Assembly: GCA_018896645.1 (NCBI GenBank)
Contig: JAHIMF010000005.1
Span: 997-64,996, forward strand
Source: Patescibacteria group bacterium
GTDB lineage: Bacteria > Patescibacteriota > Patescibacteriia > UBA2591 > JABMQE01
Direction: 5' to 3'
DNA length: 64,000 bases
Shown here: piece by piece, positions 39,868 through 49,814 of the stretch
Layout of the letters: each line of letters starts with the position of its first letter
How positions within the stretch are numbered: the stretch's first letter is position 1
The notes under the pieces: generated by a model
Seen by the model: the letters and a program-made list of their open reading frames with translations, nothing else
Databases searched by the model: none
Told to the model about the DNA's origin: nothing
Program-made: the position numbers and the translations under genes

Positions 39868-40212
39868 ATGTATGAGATAATAGTTTTACCTCATTTCCAC
39901 GGACAGTTGAAGCGTTATGCTAAAAAGTATCGTCATATTAAGAATGATGTTATTGAAAAGTTAAGGGGTTTTGATAAAAGACAGCATGTTTATCTTGGTA
40001 ATCGTATCTATAAATTACGGCTTAAATCGAAAGATATCCCCAGAGGTAAGAATAAATCATTGCGGTTAGTTATTTTGGTGGTAGAAATGACCAGTGCTAT
40101 TGTGCCGGTTATTTTATATTTTAAAGGGGATCGTGAAGATATCAGCAAGAAAGAACTAAAAGAGCATTTACAAATAATATTATTTGAACTAGAATTATAC
40201 CATGACTCGTGA
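39868..40212 (+). CDS. RelE/HigB-like toxin
   Basis: F..QLKR.AKKY, YKLRL.S.DIPRGK....R, LYFKGD.EDIS. Confidence 0.75.
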   Translation: MYEIIVLPHFHGQLKRYAKKYRHIKNDVIEKLRGFDKRQHVYLGNRIYKLRLKSKDIPRGKNKSLRLVILVVEMTSAIVPVILYFKGDREDISKKELKEHLQIILFELELYHDS

Positions 40213-40786
40213 TGAAGCGTTACAATTAGTTCATAAGTACGTGAAGACCGATAACAGCGTTAAACACATGCTGGCGACCGAAGCTATTATGCGAGCATTG
40301 GCACGTCATTTTGGCGAAGACTCCAAGTCATCCGACGGGGTAAACGAAGAAAAATGGGGTTTAGCGGGTTTGGTGCATGATATTGATATGGAAGAGGTAG
40401 ATTATCGCAATGAGCCGACTAAGCATGGGCCAAGATCAATAGAAATTTTAAAAGAAAATGGACTGACAGATGAGGAAATCTTGAATGCCGTTTTAGCGCA
40501 TAATGAGGCTTTGGGCGGGGAGCGGGGGACTAAAATTGAAAAAGCCATCCACTCGGTTGACCCCTTGACAGGTTTGATTGTGGCTGCTACACTGGTTTTA
40601 CCCTCTCGTAAATTAGCTGATGTGACAGTTGAAAATATTTTAAATAGATTTAAAGAAAAACATTTTGCCCGTGGCGCTAATCGGGAGATTATTGCCAGAT
40701 GTGAGGAGTTGGGATTATCTTTGAAAGAATTCTGTAAGATTGGGTTGGAAGCCATGCAGGGGATATCAGATGAACTTGGGCTATAA
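40202..40786 (+). CDS. HDIG-type HD-domain phosphohydrolase
   Basis: H.LATEA.MR, GLVHDID, AVLAH, D.LTGLI.A, FARGANRE. Confidence 0.88.
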   Translation: MTRDEALQLVHKYVKTDNSVKHMLATEAIMRALARHFGEDSKSSDGVNEEKWGLAGLVHDIDMEEVDYRNEPTKHGPRSIEILKENGLTDEEILNAVLAHNEALGGERGTKIEKAIHSVDPLTGLIVAATLVLPSRKLADVTVENILNRFKEKHFARGANREIIARCEELGLSLKEFCKIGLEAMQGISDELGL

Positions 40787-40821
40787 AAATGTTCATTATA
40801 ATAATTTCATATGGACGGGAA

Positions 40822-40923
40822 ATGACATTAGGCATTTTGCCTGCTGTTGTAATGGGGGCATTGAGTCTTCTGGTGATTAGTTCGCTCTTGGCAAAAGTGC
40901 TCCACAAAATCCGCACCCACTAG
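40822..40923 (+). CDS. Small hydrophobic peptide (33 aa)
   Basis: MTLGILPAVVMGALSLLVISSLLAKVLHKIRTH; start uncertain. Confidence 0.35.
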   Translation: MTLGILPAVVMGALSLLVISSLLAKVLHKIRTH

Positions 40924-40943
40924 TTTGATACGGAGGATAAATC

Positions 40944-41060
40944 ATGAAAGATATCTGGGTTTTGGCTTTGTTCCCCTTGGCTGGGTTTGCAATTTGGCTA
41001 GCGGCTAAAATCGGCGCCTGGAGAGAGATAAAAAATTTACAAAGCAAGAGTAAAAAATGA
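40944..41060 (+). CDS. Small hydrophobic peptide (38 aa)
   Basis: SD GGAGG; MKDIWVLALFPLAGFAIWLAAKIGAWREIKNLQSKSKK. Confidence 0.5.
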   Translation: MKDIWVLALFPLAGFAIWLAAKIGAWREIKNLQSKSKK

Positions 41061-41116
41061 TTAATTCCACTGTTGTTTTACCGGGAGGCATCACCCTTTT
41101 TATGGAGGATAAAAAA

Positions 41117-41203
41117 ATGGAAGCTAGGATTATGTTGATTATATGTTGCGCGTTGTTGCTTTTATTAATGCTTTATAAAAACAGGCCACCCCCAGGATAT
41201 TAG
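41117..41203 (+). CDS. Small hydrophobic peptide (28 aa)
   Basis: SD GGAGG; MEARIMLIICCALLLLLMLYKNRPPPGY; terminator at 41241-41276. Confidence 0.45.
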   Translation: MEARIMLIICCALLLLLMLYKNRPPPGY

Positions 41204-41365
41204 TTAGAAAATGGTACCCACAGAGAAATAAGGATACCACAAAAAGCGTTGTCAAACAAAGACAGCGCTTTTTTTATTGCTTAATATAATATTTTTAGTT
41301 AAAATTAAGATAGGGATTAAAACGGAAACATTTGGTAGATAAAATAAAATTTAAAAAGATTTAAA

Positions 41366-43243
41366 ATGAAAAAGGCTATATTTATTATTTTAGGAATTAT
41401 AGTTATTATTGGTGTATCTCTTGGGGGTTACCGTTATTTTAAACGTGGAGAAAAAATTAATTTTGATTATATTATTACTGAAAGAGGTGAACTTGTCCAA
41501 GAGGTTAATATTACCGGTCGGATAAAGCCAGCCGAAAGCGTTGACCTGGCCTTTGAAAATACCGGAAAAATAGCCAATATTTATGTACAAATAGGTGATA
41601 AAGTAACCACGAGTCAAATCTTAATTGAAATAGATAATACTGATGCCAATGCCCAGCTGGCACAAGCTCAAGCCGGGGTGGATAGCTCTCAAGCTGAACT
41701 TATTCAATATCAAGCAACTTTGGAAGCCCAGCAAACAAAATTACTCGAACTAATCAAAGGAACAAGGCCCGAAGAAATTCAATTATCAGAAACAAAAGTT
41801 ATAAATGCACAAAAAGCATTGGCCGACGCCCAAGAAAACCTTAAAAACACTTTAAACAAAGCTGAAACCGAACTAGCCAAGGCCCAGCAAACAAAAACTG
41901 ATGCCGAGATAAACTTGGCCAACATTACGAGTAAATCTGGAAGTGATTTAGCCGACCTTTACAGCAAAGCAGGAGATATTCTTGATGATGCTTATGCTAA
42001 AGCTGATGATGCTGTTAAAAATAGAACAAGTGGAATCTTCACTGCTGGTTCTAATAAATTATCTTTTGCTACAACTAATTCACAAGCAAAGTCTGATGCG
42101 GAATCACAAAAGCCAGTGGTTGAAAACGCACTTAATGAACTTAATGCCTTAGTGTATAATCTTACCTCTGATTATATTGACCTAGACGAAGCTCTTGCAA
42201 GGGTAAAAGATTATTTAATTATTATAAAAGATTTTTTTTCTCGGTTAGACACCGCTCTTAGCAGCGCCGCTGATTTATCTCAAACAACACTCACTACTTA
42301 TCAAACAAACACTTACACGGCTCGCACCAATGTTAATACTGTTCTTTCCAATATTAATGTTCAACAAAACGCTATTACAACCCAAAACCAAACGAATCAA
42401 ACTAATATTGATACGGCTCAGTCTCAACTTAATACAACCAAAGCAGCCCTATCCTTGCAAGAAGCCGCAAACCAAAGTAATGTCTCCACAGCCCAAGCAG
42501 GTATTACTACGGCTCAAAATACTTTAGCCAGCGCTCAAGATGAACTCTCACTTAAGAAAGCTGGTTCCACAGCGGAACAAATTGCGGTTCAACGGGCAAT
42601 TATAAAACAAGCTCAAGCAAACACATCCGCCCAAAGAGCTAGAATAAAACAAGCTGAAGCAAATTTACAAAACTATCAAGCCCAAAAAGAAAAAACAACC
42701 ATTCGAGCACCTATGGATGGAATCGTAACAAAACAAGATGCTAAAGTTGGCGAAATTGTCTCGGCTTCCGCCAACATTATTTCCCTTATCTCGGAAAAAC
42801 AATTTGAAATTGAGGCTTTAATACCAGAAGCAGATACTGCTAAAGTTAAAGTCAATGATTTGGCAAAAGTTACTCTTGATGCCTATACTAATAATATTAT
42901 TTTTAAGGCTAAAGTAATTCGGATTAATCCTGCGGAAACTATGATTGAAGGCATGGCTACTTATAAAACGATATTACAATTTGCGGATGATGATGAACGG
43001 ATAAAATCCGGCATGACTGCTAATGTTGATATTTTAACTAATAAAAGAGAGAATGTTATTGCTATTCCCGGACGGGCTGTGATTTCCAGAAATGGCGGAA
43101 AAATGGTTCAAATAGTTAGAGATGATGATACGATTACAGAAGTAGAGGTAAAAACCGGCATTCGCGGTTCTGATGGTCGGATAGAAATTTTGAGCGGAGT
43201 TAGCGAGGGTTATAAAGTAATTACTTTTATGGAAGAAGAGTAA
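41366..43243 (+). CDS. Membrane-fusion (MacA/HlyD-like) adaptor with very long coiled coil
   Basis: TM anchor, VDLAFE..GKI...V..GD.V lipoyl half, IRAPMDGIV, IKSGMTANV. Confidence 0.9.
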   Translation: MKKAIFIILGIIVIIGVSLGGYRYFKRGEKINFDYIITERGELVQEVNITGRIKPAESVDLAFENTGKIANIYVQIGDKVTTSQILIEIDNTDANAQLAQAQAGVDSSQAELIQYQATLEAQQTKLLELIKGTRPEEIQLSETKVINAQKALADAQENLKNTLNKAETELAKAQQTKTDAEINLANITSKSGSDLADLYSKAGDILDDAYAKADDAVKNRTSGIFTAGSNKLSFATTNSQAKSDAESQKPVVENALNELNALVYNLTSDYIDLDEALARVKDYLIIIKDFFSRLDTALSSAADLSQTTLTTYQTNTYTARTNVNTVLSNINVQQNAITTQNQTNQTNIDTAQSQLNTTKAALSLQEAANQSNVSTAQAGITTAQNTLASAQDELSLKKAGSTAEQIAVQRAIIKQAQANTSAQRARIKQAEANLQNYQAQKEKTTIRAPMDGIVTKQDAKVGEIVSASANIISLISEKQFEIEALIPEADTAKVKVNDLAKVTLDAYTNNIIFKAKVIRINPAETMIEGMATYKTILQFADDDERIKSGMTANVDILTNKRENVIAIPGRAVISRNGGKMVQIVRDDDTITEVEVKTGIRGSDGRIEILSGVSEGYKVITFMEEE

Positions 43244-43323
43244 ACGAAATTTCTAATTTTTAATTCACCTAATTTCTAATAAAATTCTTAATTCAAAAAT
43301 GTCAAACAAAGAGAAAAAAAAGT

Positions 43324-43683
43324 ATGACCAGAAATAAAAAAATTATTTTAATCTTAATTTTGACAATAGTTTTATTTTGTTTGTCACTTTTCTATGTGAG
43401 AAATGAAGTATGTTGTATGTTTGCTGGCATGAGACATCGTGGATTCCCTTATCAAATAATATCAATATCTAAGGTAACTGAGGATTTTGAAGAAGCGAAA
43501 AAAGTTTACTCCCTTAATGATTTTGAGCTTTTGAGTCGAGGTTGGAAGTTAAAAATAGATTCCGGCTTTGATCCGCTTTTCTGGAGTATTTCTTTTAATT
43601 TTATATTTTATTTAGCCATAAGCAGTGGATTAATTTTTATAGTCGAACGCATAAAACAGAATGAGAAAAAAATCAAAAAATAA
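43324..43683 (+). CDS. Hypothetical two-TM protein between inverted repeat arms
   Basis: 119 aa with an RGFP motif; separates the adaptor gene from the ATPase gene. Confidence 0.7.
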   Translation: MTRNKKIILILILTIVLFCLSLFYVRNEVCCMFAGMRHRGFPYQIISISKVTEDFEEAKKVYSLNDFELLSRGWKLKIDSGFDPLFWSISFNFIFYLAISSGLIFIVERIKQNEKKIKK

Positions 43684-43750
43684 TTTTGAATTAAGCATTT
43701 AGAATTTTATTAGAAATTAGAAATTAGGTGAATTAGGTGAATTTTATAAC

Positions 43751-44446
43751 ATGTCTCTCATAGAAGCCAAAAATTTAGAAAAAACCTATTATACTGATGG
43801 TATCGCTACTCCTGTTCTTAAAGGAGTTTCTTTTTCTATTGAACCAGGAGATTTTGTGGCTATTATGGGCCCTTCGGGCTCTGGTAAATCTACCTTGCTT
43901 CATATTTTGGGATTCCTGTCCCGTCATTCAGCAGGTGAATATCGTTTTGAGGGCAAAACTTTCGATGATTACTCTAAATCCGAAATTGCTCACGCTCGGA
44001 ATAAAAAAATGGGTTTTGTTTTTCAATCTTTTAATCTGCTTGCAAGAACAACGGTCATAGACAATGTAAAATTACCACTCTTATATTCAGATGTGCCAGA
44101 AAATGAATGGAATGATATGGCCTTAAAATTAATAAAAACCGTGGGCCTCTCCCACCGCATTAGCCACTTATCATCTCAACTATCTGGCGGGGAGCAGCAG
44201 CGCGTTGCTATTGCCCGCGCTTTTGTCAATAATCCACCAGTTATTTTTGCTGATGAACCAACTGGAAATCTTGACACAGCTACTGGAATAAAGATTATGG
44301 ATATTTTAAAGACATTTAATGAAAAACTAGGTCATACGATTATTTTAATCACTCACGAGTTGGATATTGCTCAAGGCACTAAACGAATTATCAAACTTGT
44401 TGATGGTAAAATTGCCAGTGATACAAAAGTTAATCATAATTTATGA
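43751..44446 (+). CDS. ABC ATP-binding protein (MacB/LolD type)
   Basis: [35 protein letters not shown]. Confidence 0.95.
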   Translation: MSLIEAKNLEKTYYTDGIATPVLKGVSFSIEPGDFVAIMGPSGSGKSTLLHILGFLSRHSAGEYRFEGKTFDDYSKSEIAHARNKKMGFVFQSFNLLARTTVIDNVKLPLLYSDVPENEWNDMALKLIKTVGLSHRISHLSSQLSGGEQQRVAIARAFVNNPPVIFADEPTGNLDTATGIKIMDILKTFNEKLGHTIILITHELDIAQGTKRIIKLVDGKIASDTKVNHNL

Positions 44447-45675
44447 AATCTATATACACCATAAAAACAGCTGTCGGGGGGTTAAAGGCGCATAAATCAC
44501 GTTCGGTCTTGACGATTTTGGGCATTGTAATTGGTATTACCGCGATTATTGTTATTATGGCAGTGGGACAGGGAGCCGAGAATTTAATCTTAGACCAGAT
44601 GCGCGGTTTTGGTTCGCAGATAGTAAGTGTTCAAGCTGGCCGAGCGCCCCAGGGCGTTTCTGATATTGCTCAAATGTTTACTGATTCTTTAAAACAACGG
44701 GATGTTGATGCTTTGAAAAAGATTCCCGGAGTAGAGAAGGTTGCCCCAGGAGTTTATGACATGACTACTATAACTTATGGCAATGAGAGCAAAAGAGCTA
44801 CTGTTTATGGTTCAGCTGATTTAATAATGGAGATTTTAGGTCTGTCAGTAGAACAAGGATCATTTTTTACTGAAGATGACATTAGGCAAAATGCGAGCGT
44901 GGTTGTAATTGGTTCAGAAATTAAAGATGATGTTTTTGGTTTTGCTGAAGCTATAGGAGAAAAAATTAAAATTAAGGGTAAAACCTTTCGTATAATAGGT
45001 GTGCTGGAGCCCAAAGGACAGATGATGGGTTTTAATTTAGATGATATGGTGTTAGTGCCTTATTCAACTGCTCAAAAATATTTATTAGGTATTAGTCATT
45101 TTAATGATGGTATTACGGTTCAGGCTGAAAGCGAGGAGATAGTGCCGCATTTAGTTCGGGAAATTGAGTTTACATTAAGAGAGCTGCATGGCATTACAGA
45201 TCCTGATAAAGATGATTTTTATGTCATGACCCAGGCAGACGCCATGGAAAGTATTGGCATGGTGACTTCAATTTTAACAGCATTATTAGGTTCAGTCGCG
45301 GCTATTTCTTTGATTGTCGGCGGAATTGGTATTATGAATATCATGTTGGTGTCTGTAACTGAACGAACGCGAGAAATTGGCTTGCGCAAAGCTCTTGGCG
45401 CGACCGAAAAGGACATTATGGTTCAATTTTTGCTTGAGTCAATGATTCTCACGATTATCGGTGGCATTGTTGGCATTACTTTTGGGGCTACATTTTCTTT
45501 TCTGGTAGCGTTTGTTTTAAATAAAACTGTAGCTAGCGGTTGGTCATTTGCTTTTCCGATATCAGCTGTAGTTTTAGGCATTGGGGTGGCTGCTACGGTT
45601 GGCTTGATTTTTGGACTCTATCCCGCTCGTCAGGCCTCGCAAAAGAGTCCTATTGAGGCTTTGAGGTATGAGTAG
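44443..45675 (+). CDS. ABC permease (MacB/FtsX type)
   Basis: RS.LTILGIVIG, VGGIGIMNIMLVSVTERTREIG, PIEALRYE. Confidence 0.95.
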   Translation: MKSIYTIKTAVGGLKAHKSRSVLTILGIVIGITAIIVIMAVGQGAENLILDQMRGFGSQIVSVQAGRAPQGVSDIAQMFTDSLKQRDVDALKKIPGVEKVAPGVYDMTTITYGNESKRATVYGSADLIMEILGLSVEQGSFFTEDDIRQNASVVVIGSEIKDDVFGFAEAIGEKIKIKGKTFRIIGVLEPKGQMMGFNLDDMVLVPYSTAQKYLLGISHFNDGITVQAESEEIVPHLVREIEFTLRELHGITDPDKDDFYVMTQADAMESIGMVTSILTALLGSVAAISLIVGGIGIMNIMLVSVTERTREIGLRKALGATEKDIMVQFLLESMILTIIGGIVGITFGATFSFLVAFVLNKTVASGWSFAFPISAVVLGIGVAATVGLIFGLYPARQASQKSPIEALRYE

Positions 45676-45848
45676 TTATAATTCAAATCTACGAATGTAT
45701 GCCAGTCTATGAATGCTGTAAACAAATTTTTAGTATTTTAATTATATATATTGGCTAATATATCGAATATCAGCATCACTAAATTTGTGAACAAATGAGG
45801 CTTTTTTTATTTGCATTTTATAAATATATTAGCTACAATATAGACATT

Positions 45849-46052
45849 ATGTATAATTGGGATTATAATTTAAAAAATGTTAACAAAAAAGACCCGGTCT
45901 ATATCAAATGGAAACTAGAACGGTTGATTAATTATGGTTTAAATGGCGAAAAAATTAAAAAAATCGAACTAAAAAAATATTGGAATCAAATAAAGATTGA
46001 TCCCGACAAACGAACATTTTTAAAAACAATTTTATGGCCGAAAAAATCATAA
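45849..46052 (+). CDS. Small partner protein of the AbiEii-like gene (putative antitoxin)
   Basis: MYNWDY...WKLERLINYG; overlaps the downstream NTase gene. Confidence 0.65.
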   Translation: MYNWDYNLKNVNKKDPVYIKWKLERLINYGLNGEKIKKIELKKYWNQIKIDPDKRTFLKTILWPKKS

Positions 46053-46690
46053 CAAAAGAACAGGAGCAATTCTTAGAGTATTTTAAAAAAAATAAATTGC
46101 TGGCCCAAGATTTTTATTTAACCGGGGGCACAGCTTTGGCTTTATTTTATTACCAACATCGCAAGTCCGAAGATCTAGATTTTTTTACTTCAAAGAAAAT
46201 ACCAAATTCAATAATTGATAAATCCATCAAAGATGTTAAAATTAAGCTTAATGCTAGCAAAGTTGAGTATAATCAATTGTATGATCGGCGAATTTATCAA
46301 TTCAAATTAACTAAAAAAGGTATTTTAAAAATAGAGTTCACCTTATATCCATTCAAAAATCTAAAAAAGCTTAAAAAAATCAATGGCGTATTTGTTGATA
46401 GCCTCTTAGATATGGGAGCCAATAAAATTATGTCTATAATGGATAGATTTGAGCCTAAAGATTTTTTTGATTTGTATTTTATGAAAAATGACTTTCGGCT
46501 GGAAAATTTAAGAACCGCAGCTCAAAAAAAGTTCGGTATTGAAATAGACCCGATAGCTTTAGTTAGTCGGTTCAACAAAGTCAAAGATTTAAGGATAATC
46601 CCCCAAATGATAAAAAAAGTTGACATAATAGATTTAAAAAATTATTTTCAAAAGTTTAACAAAAAAGAAGCTAAAATGTTTTTAGTTTGA
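46034..46690 (+). CDS. AbiEii/AbiGii-type nucleotidyltransferase toxin
   Basis: FYLTGGTAL...HR.SEDLDFF, ANKI...DR...KDFFDLY. Confidence 0.9.
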   Translation: MAEKIITKEQEQFLEYFKKNKLLAQDFYLTGGTALALFYYQHRKSEDLDFFTSKKIPNSIIDKSIKDVKIKLNASKVEYNQLYDRRIYQFKLTKKGILKIEFTLYPFKNLKKLKKINGVFVDSLLDMGANKIMSIMDRFEPKDFFDLYFMKNDFRLENLRTAAQKKFGIEIDPIALVSRFNKVKDLRIIPQMIKKVDIIDLKNYFQKFNKKEAKMFLV

Positions 46691-46707
46691 TTTTAATAAC
46701 GAATTAT

Positions 46708-47958
46708 ATGTTAGACATCAATTTTATTCGCGAAAATCCCGAAGAAGTTAAAAAAGGCATTGCTAAAAAGCAGTTAACCGTTGATATTGACCGTCTTTTA
46801 TCATTAGACAAAACAAAACGGGATATTTTGCAAAAAATAGAAGCCCTGCGCGCCGAACAGAATAATGCTAATAAAGAGATTATTAAGCTAAAAAATGACG
46901 TTAAAAAGCAAAAATTAGCCGAAATGAAAAAAATTGCCGACCAAGTCAAAGATGTAAACAACAAGCTGGGGATAATAGAAAAAGATTTTACAGACTTAAT
47001 GCGTCAGATTCCCAATTTACCAGCGCCTAATGTTAAAGTGGGCCGGGGAGAACAAGACAACCAAGTAGCGCGGCATGAAGGTGATATTCCTAAATTTGAA
47101 TTTGACCCTAAAGATTATGTGGAGATTGCTGAAGAATTGGACATAATTGATACAAAAAGGGCTGCTAAAGTGGCTGGCTCGCGCTTTGGCTATATAAAAG
47201 GGGATTTAGTTTTGTTAGAATTTGCTTTGATTAGATTTGCGTTTGATATCCTAACTAAAGCCGGATTTAGGCTAGTCTTGCCGCCAGTAATGCTTAATGA
47301 TAATGCAATGCGCGGCATGGGCTATCTTGATAGGGGAGCTGAAGAGGTTTATAAAACCCAAGATGATTTATACTTAATCGGCACTAGCGAGCAATCACTT
47401 GGAGCCATGCACATGGATGAGATACTAGACAGTAAAAAATTACCTTTGCATTATGCGGGTTTTTCCACTTGTTTCCGCCGAGAAGCCGGGAGTTATGGCA
47501 AGGACACCAAGGGTATTTTGCGTGTTCATCAGTTTAATAAAGTGGAAATGTTTGTTTTCTGCAAACCCGAACAATCAGAAGATGAGCATAAATTATTATT
47601 GCGAATGGAAGAAAATTTAATGCAGGCGCTTAAACTCCCATATCGAGTAATGGACATTTGCAGCGGCGATTTGGGCGACCCGGCGGCTAAAAAGTGGGAT
47701 ATTGAAGCTTGGTTTCCGGGTTCAAGCGAATACCGCGAAACTCACTCCACCTCTAACTGTACTGATTGGCAAGCCCGGCGTTTGAATATTCGCTATAAAG
47801 ACGAAAATAATAAAAATCAATTTGTTCATACTTTAAATGGCACCGCGTTCTCCGAAAGGCCTCTTTTGGCGATTTTGGAAAATTATCAAACTGAAGCTGG
47901 GGGAGTGCGGGTGCCGGACGTTTTGCGGGAGTATGTGGGGAAAGAGATGATTGAGTAA
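46708..47958 (+). CDS. serS: Serine--tRNA ligase
   Basis: MLDINFIRENP, LIGTSEQ, FRREAG, RVHQFNKVE, HTLNGT. Confidence 0.97.
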   Translation: MLDINFIRENPEEVKKGIAKKQLTVDIDRLLSLDKTKRDILQKIEALRAEQNNANKEIIKLKNDVKKQKLAEMKKIADQVKDVNNKLGIIEKDFTDLMRQIPNLPAPNVKVGRGEQDNQVARHEGDIPKFEFDPKDYVEIAEELDIIDTKRAAKVAGSRFGYIKGDLVLLEFALIRFAFDILTKAGFRLVLPPVMLNDNAMRGMGYLDRGAEEVYKTQDDLYLIGTSEQSLGAMHMDEILDSKKLPLHYAGFSTCFRREAGSYGKDTKGILRVHQFNKVEMFVFCKPEQSEDEHKLLLRMEENLMQALKLPYRVMDICSGDLGDPAAKKWDIEAWFPGSSEYRETHSTSNCTDWQARRLNIRYKDENNKNQFVHTLNGTAFSERPLLAILENYQTEAGGVRVPDVLREYVGKEMIE

Positions 47959-48108
47959 CTCGTAGTAATAAGCTCGTCTCGCTACGCTCGACTTCGCGTA
48001 ATACAATAGTAATTCATTATAATTTGTTGTTTTTAAGATTGTAAAATAAAAAAGGACTGAATCCATAATCTGAATTAGTCCTTACTAGGGGAATAACACT
48101 GATTCCTT

Positions 48109-48429
48109 CTATTGCGAAGTGCTGGTAGTTGCTTTTCTCGATGACTTTGCTTGCAGACCCCCGCAACCTATAAAGAACAATGAAGTAGAGAGCAGAAAGG
48201 TGACAATGTACAATGGGGAATGAACTGCATATTTTGCCCAACTTATCTCCAACGTAGTAAGCATTGCCAGAATTATCTCTACCATCATTACAATCATTCC
48301 AGGTACTGCTAAGAATAACCCCATGGGGTGTTTTGCTCTTGTTTTTACTTCAATCAACATACGAACCAAACGAATTGAGATTATAATTATTCCTAATATG
48401 AAAAGAGTGCAAAAGATGGTGTATGCCAT
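48109..48429 (-). CDS. Orphan three-TM protein, opposite strand to its neighbours
   Basis: SD AAGGAGG; hairpin terminator at about 48047-48083. Confidence 0.6.
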   Translation of the reverse strand: MAYTIFCTLFILGIIIISIRLVRMLIEVKTRAKHPMGLFLAVPGMIVMMVEIILAMLTTLEISWAKYAVHSPLYIVTFLLSTSLFFIGCGGLQAKSSRKATTSTSQ

Positions 48430-48536
48430 GGTTAAGTCCTCCTTGACTGAATGTTAAGTCCTAATGTTAGTTGAGAATATAGCGAAATGACGTGGTTTTA
48501 TCTTAATTCATTTTAAAATTTTTGTCAAATTAATAT

Positions 48537-49469
48537 ATGTCTTTCTTAAAACGGAGAAGGCGAGACTATCACGGCGTTCATGTTGACCCGGCTCGAGTTA
48601 AAAAACAAAAGCGGGCAACAAAATTCAGAAAATTTTTAAACACTGTTTATGCGATTATTATCTTTGGTACACTGCTCTGGCTGGTGTATTTTGTTTTATA
48701 TTCCTCAACTTTTAAAATCAAAAATATTACTATCACTGGTAATCAAGGTGTCTCCAGAGAGGAGATTGTAAGCGTCGTAAATGTGCTTTTAGACTCAAAA
48801 AAATATTTCATTGTTCCTAAAAATACCTTTTTCACTGTTAATACTGATGGGCTTAGCGAAGTATTGAATGATAACTTTATTTTAGCCTATTCGGAAATCA
48901 AGAAAAAATTTCCCCATGATTTAAATATTAGTATACGAGAAAAACTTGCCGGGCTCAACTTTTGCTTAGAAACCAGGGAGAAGTGTTATTATGTCAACTA
49001 TGACGGCCTGGTTGTCCATAGAGTAGGCGGGGCCGAACTTGATCCTAGGCTGCCATTACTTTTTTACAGATTGTCCCCCCAAAAAAATGAGCAGGTGGGG
49101 GAGACCCCCACCCCGGCGACCACCACAACCCCTATAAACAAACAAGGGCTACCGACAATAACTATTAGCCAAACCAATTTACCGGTTACCATGATTCGCT
49201 TTGTTTTAGAGCTTTTTATCGGGTTTAGTCAAAAAATAAGGGAGACAGGTATTCATGATATGGAAGTTAATACTCTAGAAATTTACGAAAAAAAAGTGAT
49301 AGTTAATACCCACGCGGGGTATCAAATTTATTTTAATTATGACAAATCTCTAGCGGAACAAATGAATAACTTAAATACAATATTAATGAAAAAAATAAAA
49401 GGGGAGCAAGAGAACCTTGAATATGTTGACTTGCGTTTTGGAGAAAAAATTTATTATAAGATGAAATAG
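48537..49469 (+). CDS. ftsQ: FtsQ/DivIB-like POTRA protein
   Basis: Basic N-terminus, single TM, F.IKNI.I.GN, KKFPH.L.ISI.EK, YVDLRFG..IYY. Confidence 0.75.
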   Translation: MSFLKRRRRDYHGVHVDPARVKKQKRATKFRKFLNTVYAIIIFGTLLWLVYFVLYSSTFKIKNITITGNQGVSREEIVSVVNVLLDSKKYFIVPKNTFFTVNTDGLSEVLNDNFILAYSEIKKKFPHDLNISIREKLAGLNFCLETREKCYYVNYDGLVVHRVGGAELDPRLPLLFYRLSPQKNEQVGETPTPATTTTPINKQGLPTITISQTNLPVTMIRFVLELFIGFSQKIRETGIHDMEVNTLEIYEKKVIVNTHAGYQIYFNYDKSLAEQMNNLNTILMKKIKGEQENLEYVDLRFGEKIYYKMK

Positions 49470-49473
49470 TTGA

Positions 49474-49790
49474 CCCGCCTTCGCCATAGTACAAATCCAT
49501 AGCTTTCACTATAATAAAAATAATAATAAAAATATAGTTTAATTTTGATAGGACTGGCTTCGGCGGGCGACCTGCCCGCTGAAGCTTTAGCGAAAGCGGG
49601 GACCCAGACCAACAGAGGATTATATGAGTAATAAATTTTTGCAGAAAGCAAAAGTTATACCTAAAAATTTGACAGGGGAGAATACCGCATGCTATATTGA
49701 GAATAAGACATAATGTCTCATAATATACCTTAACAGTCATTTAAAGTTATCCACAGCCCTTCGCCCCACCTTCGCTAAAGCTTTGGTGGG
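49474..49790. repeat. Three CCCGCCTTCGC(T/C)AA(A/G)GCTTCGGCGGG-family elements
   Basis: Split copy at 49474-49486/49556-49567, inverted copy at 49575-49600, copy at 49765-49790. Confidence 0.75.
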
Positions 49791-49814
49791 CTTCGGGCTG
49801 CAAGCAAATATCTC

